This document shows positions 35,015 through 41,425 of a DNA stretch of 41,425 nucleotides, one piece after another. This DNA comes from a virus (Duplodnaviria > Heunggongvirae > Uroviricota > Caudoviricetes): IMG/VR virus record IMGVR_UViG_2534681699_000016; one strand, given 5' to 3'. The notes under the pieces are model-generated. The model did no database searches. It was given only the letters and a program-made list of their open reading frames with translations, and was not told the DNA's origin. The position numbers and the translations under genes were made by a program. Positions within the stretch are counted from its first letter, which is position 1, and each line of letters opens with the position of its first letter.

Positions 35015-36220
35015 TTAACCGGCAAAAATCGGCAACATTAAATACAGCTTAATCACCAGCGCATTGACGATATCGATAAAGAACGCACCGACCATCGGCA
35101 CCACCAAAAACGCCATGTGCGACGGGCCAAAGCGTTCAGTGATCGCCTGCATGTTGGCGATTGCCGTTGGCGTTGCACCGAGGCCAAAACCACAGTGACC
35201 CGCAGCCAGCACTGCCGCATCGTAGTTTTTGCCCATCATGCGCCAGGTAACGAAGATGGCATACAACGCCATGAAGATGGTCTGTACCACCAGAATCGCC
35301 AGCATCGGCAGCGCCAGCGAAGCCAGCTCCCACAGTTTCAGCCCCATCAGCGCCATCGCCAGGAACAACGACAGGCTTACGTTACCCAGCACGGATACCG
35401 CACGCTCAAAGACGCGGTAAAAGCCCATCATTGACAGACCGTTGCTCAGAATCACGCCAACAAACAGTACACAGACGAAGGTCGGCAGTTCAAAAGCAGT
35501 GCCAGCCAAAAGTTGCGCAACAATTTTCCCCACCGTCAGGCAGATAGCAATCAGCGCGATAGTTTCAATCAGCACCAGCGAGGTGATCATGCGGCCCACA
35601 TCCGGCTTTTCAAACGCCGTCGGGACTTCCTGGTCATCCGGAATACCGTTCGGCGTGGTGGAGTGTTTCACCAGATAGCGCGCCACCGGACCGCCAATCA
35701 AGCCGCCCAGCACCAGACCGAACGTTGCACAGGCCATCGCCACTTCCGTCGCATTGGTGAAGCCATAACGTTCAATGAACAATTTACTCCACGCAGCGCC
35801 CGTACCGTGACCGCCGGAAAGCGTAATAGAACCGGCCAACAGCCCCATCAGCGGATCAAGCCCTAACAGGCTAGCCATACCAATGCCAATGGCATTTTGC
35901 ATCACCAACAGACCAACAACCACAATCAAGAAGATGCCAACCACACGCCCACCGGCACGCAAACTGGCAATGTTGGCGTTCAGGCCAATGGTGGCGAAGA
36001 AAGCCAGCATTAACGGATCGCGCAGGGACATATCAAAGTTGACTTCCCAGCCCATGCTTTTTTTCAGTACCAGTAGCGCTAGCGCCACCAACAAACCACC
36101 CGCAACAGGTTCCGGTATGGTGTATTTCTTCAAAAAGGAGACGGAATGGACCAACTTACGCCCGAGCAGCAACGTCAGCGTTGCGGCAACAAGCGTTGCT
36201 AAAGTATCGAGATGAAACAT
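35015..36220 (-). CDS. gltS: Sodium/glutamate symporter
   Basis: 401-aa polytopic membrane protein MFHLDTLATLVAATLTLLLGRKLVHSVSFLKKYTIPEPVAGGLLVAL... recognised as GltS. Confidence 0.93.
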   Translation of the reverse strand: MFHLDTLATLVAATLTLLLGRKLVHSVSFLKKYTIPEPVAGGLLVALALLVLKKSMGWEVNFDMSLRDPLMLAFFATIGLNANIASLRAGGRVVGIFLIVVVGLLVMQNAIGIGMASLLGLDPLMGLLAGSITLSGGHGTGAAWSKLFIERYGFTNATEVAMACATFGLVLGGLIGGPVARYLVKHSTTPNGIPDDQEVPTAFEKPDVGRMITSLVLIETIALIAICLTVGKIVAQLLAGTAFELPTFVCVLFVGVILSNGLSMMGFYRVFERAVSVLGNVSLSLFLAMALMGLKLWELASLALPMLAILVVQTIFMALYAIFVTWRMMGKNYDAAVLAAGHCGFGLGATPTAIANMQAITERFGPSHMAFLVVPMVGAFFIDIVNALVIKLYLMLPIFAG

Positions 36221-36499
36221 AGTTACTCCTTTGTATCCGCATCACTCTTTCATACTCGTCATACTTCATCGCGCAGTGGCAACCTCATGAACTATGACGG
36301 GTATCGAGTTATGCTTTCCTGGGTCAAATTCTCAGCTGTTAATGAACAAATGGCATGGATTTTAAGCAGAAAAATACCAAAAGTTATATAAAAAAGTGCA
36401 TTTATCTCATTTAAATATTTAGATGAGGATGTGGCAAACGTTTGCTTTTCTCTTTCGGTCAGCTAAAATGCCCGCTTTGCTACCACGGGATTGTTTTCG

Positions 36500-37891
36500 A
36501 TGTCTGTTTCCACCCTCGAGTCAGAAAATGCGCAACCGGTTGCGCAGACTCAAAACAGCGAACTGATTTACCGTCTTGAAGATCGTCCGCCGCTTCCTCA
36601 AACCCTGTTTGCCGCCTGTCAGCATCTGCTGGCGATGTTCGTTGCGGTGATCACGCCAGCGCTATTAATCTGCCAGGCGCTGGGTTTACCGGCACAAGAC
36701 ACGCAACACATTATTAGTATGTCGCTGTTTGCCTCCGGTGTGGCATCGATTATTCAAATTAAGGCCAGGGGTCCGGTTGGCTCCGGGCTGTTGTCTATTC
36801 AGGGCACCAGCTTCAACTTTGTTGCCCCGCTGATTATGGGCGGTACCGCGCTGAAAACCGGTGGTGCTGATGTTCCTACCATGATGGCGGCTTTGTTCGG
36901 CACGTTGATGCTGGCAAGTTGCACCGAGATGGTGATCTCCCGCGTTCTGCATCTGGCGCGCCGCATTATTACGCCGCTGGTTTCTGGCGTTGTGGTGATG
37001 ATTATCGGCCTGTCGCTAATTCAGGTGGGGCTGACCTCCATTGGCGGCGGTTACGCAGCCATGAGCGATAACACCTTCGGCGCACCGAAAAATCTGCTGC
37101 TGGCAGGCGGGGTTTTAGCCTTAATTATCCTGCTTAACCGTCAACGTAACCCTTACTTACGCGTGGCATCACTGGTAATTGCGATGGCGGCCGGATATGC
37201 GCTGGCGTGGTTTATGGGCATGTTGCCAGAAAGCAACGAACCGATGACGCAAGAACTGATTATGGTGCCAACGCCGCTCTATTACGGTCTTGGCATTGAA
37301 TGGAGTCTGCTGCTGCCGCTGATGCTGGTCTTTATGATCACTTCGCTGGAAACCATTGGCGATATCACGGCGACCTCTGACGTTTCCGAACAGCCAGTGT
37401 CCGGTCCGCTGTACATGAAACGCCTGAAAGGCGGCGTGCTGGCAAACGGCCTGAACTCGTTTGTTTCGGCGGTGTTTAACACCTTCCCGAACTCCTGCTT
37501 CGGGCAAAACAACGGAGTGATCCAGTTGACTGGTGTTGCCAGCCGCTATGTCGGTTTTGTCGTCGCGCTGATGTTGATCGTGCTGGGTCTGTTCCCGGCA
37601 GTGAGCGGTTTTGTACAACACATTCCAGAACCGGTTCTGGGCGGCGCAACGCTTGTAATGTTTGGCACCATCGCCGCCTCCGGTGTGCGTATCGTTTCTC
37701 GTGAGCCGCTGAACCGTCGGGCGATTCTGATTATCGCGCTGTCGCTGGCGGTTGGTCTGGGCGTGTCTCAGCAGCCGCTGATTTTGCAGTTTGCCCCTGA
37801 ATGGCTGAAAAACCTGCTCTCCTCCGGGATCGCCGCGGGCGGTATTACTGCCATCGTGCTGAATCTGATTTTCCCACCAGAAAAACAGTAA
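36500..37891 (+). CDS. xanP: Xanthine permease (NCS2 / nucleobase:cation symporter-2 family)
   Basis: 463-aa product [16 protein letters not shown]...; NCS2 family membrane protein; the ORF-track start at 36491 is TTG, trimmed to the ATG at 36500. Confidence 0.92.
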   Translation: MSVSTLESENAQPVAQTQNSELIYRLEDRPPLPQTLFAACQHLLAMFVAVITPALLICQALGLPAQDTQHIISMSLFASGVASIIQIKARGPVGSGLLSIQGTSFNFVAPLIMGGTALKTGGADVPTMMAALFGTLMLASCTEMVISRVLHLARRIITPLVSGVVVMIIGLSLIQVGLTSIGGGYAAMSDNTFGAPKNLLLAGGVLALIILLNRQRNPYLRVASLVIAMAAGYALAWFMGMLPESNEPMTQELIMVPTPLYYGLGIEWSLLLPLMLVFMITSLETIGDITATSDVSEQPVSGPLYMKRLKGGVLANGLNSFVSAVFNTFPNSCFGQNNGVIQLTGVASRYVGFVVALMLIVLGLFPAVSGFVQHIPEPVLGGATLVMFGTIAASGVRIVSREPLNRRAILIIALSLAVGLGVSQQPLILQFAPEWLKNLLSSGIAAGGITAIVLNLIFPPEKQ

Positions 37892-37898
37892 TTCACTG

Positions 37899-37923
37899 GC
37901 GGCGGTAAGATAATTACCGCCGC
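37899..37923. repeat. Inverted repeat (10-bp arms) immediately after the xanP stop
   Basis: gcggcggtaa ... ttaccgccgc with 5-nt loop; not followed by a U-run, so it is called only as a palindrome, possibly a weak terminator or REP-like element. Confidence 0.4.
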
Positions 37924-38011
37924 AGTCTCACCTCTTTAACCATTCCCGCCTTGAGGATTGCGCGTAAATCGTGCATAACTCCCTTATGTGCATTTCACGG
38001 GATGGAAGACC

Positions 38012-39721
38012 ATGAAATTTATTGGGAAGCTGCTTCTCTACATTCTCATCGCTCTGTTAGTGGCGATCGCTGGCCTCTATTTTCTTCTGCAAACCCGCTG
38101 GGGAGCAGAACATATCAGCGCATGGGTTTCCGAGAATAGCGACTATCATCTGGCCTTCGGGGCGATGGATCACCGTTTTTCCGCGCCATCTCATATCGTG
38201 CTGGAGAACGTCACGTTTGGTCGTGATGGCCAGCCCGCGACCCTGGTGGCCAAAAGGGTCGACATTGCGCTAAGCAGTCGGCAACTGACCGAACCACGCC
38301 ATGTCGATACCATCCTGCTGGAAAACGGGACGCTGAATCTCACCGACCAGACCGCGCCGCTACCGTTCAAAGCCGATCGTCTGCAACTGCGTGATATGGC
38401 GTTTAATAGCCCGAATAGCGAATGGAAACTGAGCGCGCAGCGGGTAAATGGCGGCGTAGTTCCGTGGTCACCAAAAGCCGGTAAAGTGCTGGGTACGAAG
38501 GCGCAGATTCAGTTTAGTGCCGGATCGCTTTCGCTCAATGATGTTCCTGCCACCAATGTACTGATTGAAGGCAGTATTGATAACGATCGCGTTACGCTGA
38601 CTAACCTGGGTGCCGACATCGCCCGCGGGACATTAACCGGAAACGCGCAGCGTAACGCCGACGGCAGCTGGCAAGTGGAAAACCTGCGCATGGCGGATAT
38701 ACGTCTACAAAGCGAAAAATCGCTAACCGACTTCTTTGCGCCATTACGCTCTGTCCCGTCGTTGCAGATTGGTCGCCTGGAAGTGATCGATGCTCGTTTG
38801 CAAGGTCCGGACTGGGCGGTGACCGACCTCGATCTCAGCTTGCGCAACATGACCTTCAGTAAAGATGACTGGCAGACACAGGAAGGCAAACTGTCGATGA
38901 ACGCTAGCGAGTTCATTTATGGTTCGCTGCATTTATTTGACCCGATTATAAACACGGAATTTTCCCCGCAGGGCGTAGCGCTGCGCCAGTTCACCAGCCG
39001 CTGGGAAGGGAGTATGGTCAGAACGTCAGGGAACTGGCTGCGTGACGGGAAAACGTTGATCCTTGATGATGCGGCAATTGCCGGGCTGGAATATACCTTG
39101 CCGAAAAACTGGCAACAGTTGTGGATGGAAACGACACCCGGTTGGTTAAACAGCCTGCAACTGAAGAGATTTAGCGCCAGCCGCAATCTGATCATTGATA
39201 TCGACCCTGACTTCCCGTGGCAGCTCACCGCGCTCGATGGTTACGGTGCCAACCTGACGCTGGTTACCGATCATAAATGGGGCGTCTGGAGTGGCTCGGC
39301 GAATCTGAATGCCGCCGCCGCGACATTCAATCGTGTTGATGTTCGTCGCCCGTCGCTGGCGCTGATCGCCAACAGCAGCACGGTGAATATCAGCGAACTG
39401 AGTGCATTTACTGAAAAAGGCATTCTGGAAGCCACCGCCAGTGTTTCACAAACGCCACAACGTCAGACACATATCAGCCTGAATGGACGCGGTGTGCCGG
39501 TGAATATTTTGCAACAGTGGGGATGGCCTAAATTACCGTTGACTGGCGACGGCAATATTCAGCTTACCGCCAGTGGCGATATTCAGGCCAATGTCCCGTT
39601 GAAACCTACGGTTAGCGGGCAATTGCATGCCGTGAACGCCGCAAAGCAGCAAGTGACTCAAACCATGAATGCTGGCATCGTTTCCAGCGGTGAAGTTACA
39701 TCGACGGAGCCGGTGCGGTAA
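38012..39721 (+). CDS. yicH: AsmA-family protein (predicted envelope / outer-membrane biogenesis)
   Basis: 569-aa product MKFIGKLLLYILIALLVAIAGLYFLL... (N-terminal membrane anchor followed by a long periplasmic domain); the ORF-track start at 37988 is GTG, trimmed to the ATG at 38012. Confidence 0.88.
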   Translation: MKFIGKLLLYILIALLVAIAGLYFLLQTRWGAEHISAWVSENSDYHLAFGAMDHRFSAPSHIVLENVTFGRDGQPATLVAKRVDIALSSRQLTEPRHVDTILLENGTLNLTDQTAPLPFKADRLQLRDMAFNSPNSEWKLSAQRVNGGVVPWSPKAGKVLGTKAQIQFSAGSLSLNDVPATNVLIEGSIDNDRVTLTNLGADIARGTLTGNAQRNADGSWQVENLRMADIRLQSEKSLTDFFAPLRSVPSLQIGRLEVIDARLQGPDWAVTDLDLSLRNMTFSKDDWQTQEGKLSMNASEFIYGSLHLFDPIINTEFSPQGVALRQFTSRWEGSMVRTSGNWLRDGKTLILDDAAIAGLEYTLPKNWQQLWMETTPGWLNSLQLKRFSASRNLIIDIDPDFPWQLTALDGYGANLTLVTDHKWGVWSGSANLNAAAATFNRVDVRRPSLALIANSSTVNISELSAFTEKGILEATASVSQTPQRQTHISLNGRGVPVNILQQWGWPKLPLTGDGNIQLTASGDIQANVPLKPTVSGQLHAVNAAKQQVTQTMNAGIVSSGEVTSTEPVR

Positions 39722-39732
39722 ACATCAATCTC

Positions 39733-39759
39733 GCCGGGTACGACTCAGACGTACCCGGC
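39733..39759. repeat. Inverted repeat between convergent yicH and yicI
   Basis: 10-bp arms gccgggtacg / cgtacccggc with 7-nt loop in the 52-bp gap between the two stops; no U-run. Confidence 0.4.
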
Positions 39760-39773
39760 ATTCCATCAATAGA

Positions 39774-41154
39774 TTACAACGTAATTGTCAGCGCATTCCC
39801 TTGAGGCTTCACCACCAGCCCCTGCTCACTTTCAGCCTGCGAACCGTCTTGCAGACCATTTACTTTCACAACATTGCGCAGGCACAGTGTCCAGTTCTTC
39901 GCCTCGCCCGCACCAGTCACAGTAATCGTGTTGCCAGTACGTGCTGCTTTTAAAGTAAAGATCACCGATCCGTCAGCAGCGGGCACTTCACAGACGGCTT
40001 CATGCCCGTCTTGCAGATTAAAGAGGTGGAATGCCGTGCCTTCGTGCCACACGTAATCGGGACGTTGATCGTTGTTGCCCAGCGCCAGTAGAGTGTTATC
40101 ACGCACATAAACGGGCAGACTCAGGAAGCCGTGCTGCTGTTTATGCCAGCGACTACCGTCGAGTTCATCGTTGTGCCACAGGTGTGTCCAGCGACCTTCC
40201 GGCAGGTAGAACTGCACATCGCCCGCTTCAGTGAACACCGGCGCAACCATCACGTTGTCGCCTAACATGTATTGACGGTCAAGGTAATCACAAGCCGGAT
40301 CGTCCGGGAACTCCATCATCATGGCCCGCATCATCGGCGTACCCCGCGCGTTCGCACGCGCAGCTTCACGATACAGATACGGCATCATGCGGCATTTCAG
40401 TTGCGTGAAGAAGCGCACCACATCACAGGACTCATCATCGTAGGCCCACGGCACACGATAAGATTTGCTACCGTGCAAACGGCTATGGCTGGAGAGCAAA
40501 CCAAACGCGCACCAGCGTTTGTAAACGTGCGCCGGAGCGGTATTTTCAAAGCCGCCGATATCGTGGCTCCAGAAGCCAAAACCTGAAAGGCCAATAGACA
40601 AACCACCGCGCAGGCTTTCCGCCATTGATTCGTAGTTAGCGTAACAATCGCCACCCCAGTGTACCGGGAATTTCTGCGCACCGACGGAGGCCGAGCGGGC
40701 AAACAAGACAGCTTCTTCCTCACCAACGGTGTCCTTGAGCACGTTCCACACCAGTTCGTTGTAGATGTACGCATAATGGTTATGCATTTTCTGCGGATCG
40801 GAACCGTCAAACCACTGAACATCAGTTGGGATACGTTCGCCAAAGTCGGTCTTAAAGCAATCAACGCCCATCGCGACCAGACCTTTCAGTTTGTCGGCGT
40901 ACCATTTGCAGGCATCCGGATTGGTAAAGTCATAAATCGCCAGACCTGGCTGCCATTTATCCCACTGCCATAGCGAACCGTCCGGGCGTTTGAGTAAATA
41001 GCCTTTCTCTTGTAACTCTTTAAAGACGGGGGATTTTTGACCGATATAGGGGTTAATCCAGACGCAGATTTTCAGCCCTTTCGCTTTCAGGCGGCGGATC
41101 ATCCCTTCCGGGTCAGGGAAAGTCAGCGGGTCCCACTCAAAATCGCACCACTGT
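39774..41154 (-). pseudogene. yicI: Alpha-xylosidase (GH31) gene truncated at its 5' end by IS150; only the C-terminal ~459 codons remain contiguous
   Basis: The reading frame runs without a stop from the IS150 boundary (41154) to the stop at 39774; the ORF track reports only the portion from an internal Met (41102). Sequence recognised as the C-terminal part of YicI; the N-terminal ~300 codons are not present between this fragment and the IS. Confidence 0.8.
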
Positions 41155-41425
41155 GTACTGCACCCATTTTGTTGGACGATGAAATGGAATAGCCCCTAAT
41201 ATGTCAAAGCCAAAATACCCTTTTGAAAAGCGCCTTGAAGTCGTGAATCACTACTTCACAACTGATGATGGTTACAGGATCATCTCGGCACGTTTTGGTG
41301 TCCCCCGAACCCAGGTCAGGACATGGGTTGCCCTCTATGAAAAACATGGAGAAAAAGGTTTAATTCCCAAACCTAAAGGCGTTAGTGCTGATCCAGAGTT
41401 GCGTATTAAGGTCGTGAAAGCTGTG
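41155..41425 (+). mobile_element. IS150 (IS3 family), 5' portion only (element continues past window end)
   Basis: Terminal sequence tgtactgcacccattttgttggacgatgaaatggaatagccc recognised as the IS150 left end, followed by the insJ (orfA) start. Confidence 0.8.
41201..41425 (+). CDS. insJ: IS150 OrfA (InsJ), N-terminal 75 codons (3' end outside window)
   Basis: Translation MSKPKYPFEKRLEVVNHYFTTDDGYRIISARFGVPRTQVRTWVALYEKHGEKGLIPKPKGVSADPELRIKVVKAV is a helix-turn-helix OrfA of an IS3-family element; absent from the ORF track because no stop falls inside the window. Confidence 0.85.
   Translation, partial: MSKPKYPFEKRLEVVNHYFTTDDGYRIISARFGVPRTQVRTWVALYEKHGEKGLIPKPKGVSADPELRIKVVKAV

Noticed and set aside
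35117-36215. Several plus-strand ORFs antisense to gltS
   Set aside because: Overlap the gltS membrane-protein gene; Arg/His/Gln-rich shadow frames.

Overview
This window reads as an Escherichia coli chromosomal segment (the tdh-kbl / waa LPS core / spoT-recG / yicI neighbourhood), bounded by partial insertion sequences at both edges: the 3' end of IS1 (1..270) and the 5' end of IS150 (41155..41425), the latter interrupting the yicI alpha-xylosidase gene. Gene identities come from recognising the translated ORFs and their synteny; no database search was run. Start codons were trimmed from the ORF track where the known N-terminus was recognised, because the track opens several ORFs on upstream TTG/GTG codons. 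The LPS core locus (hldD-waaF-waaC, then waaL-V-W-Y-T-O-P-G-Q on the opposite strand, then waaA-coaD) has the gene content and order of an R1-type outer core, with a visibly AT-rich outer-core block. Everything else is conserved housekeeping: mutM, rpmG/rpmB, yicR, coaBC, dut, slmA, pyrE with its attenuator, an intact rph, yicC, dinD with a LexA box, yicG, ligB, gmk-rpoZ-spoT-trmH-recG, gltS, xanP, yicH. I found no CRISPR array, prophage, tRNA or rRNA, and no convincing multi-gene novel system. The best candidate for something undescribed is a single 288-aa ORF of unknown function (34146..35012, minus strand) wedged between recG and gltS. The other points of interest are the two IS insertions, the apparent absence of htrL between kbl and hldD, the outer-core glycosyltransferase paralogs, and a handful of regulatory elements readable directly from the sequence.
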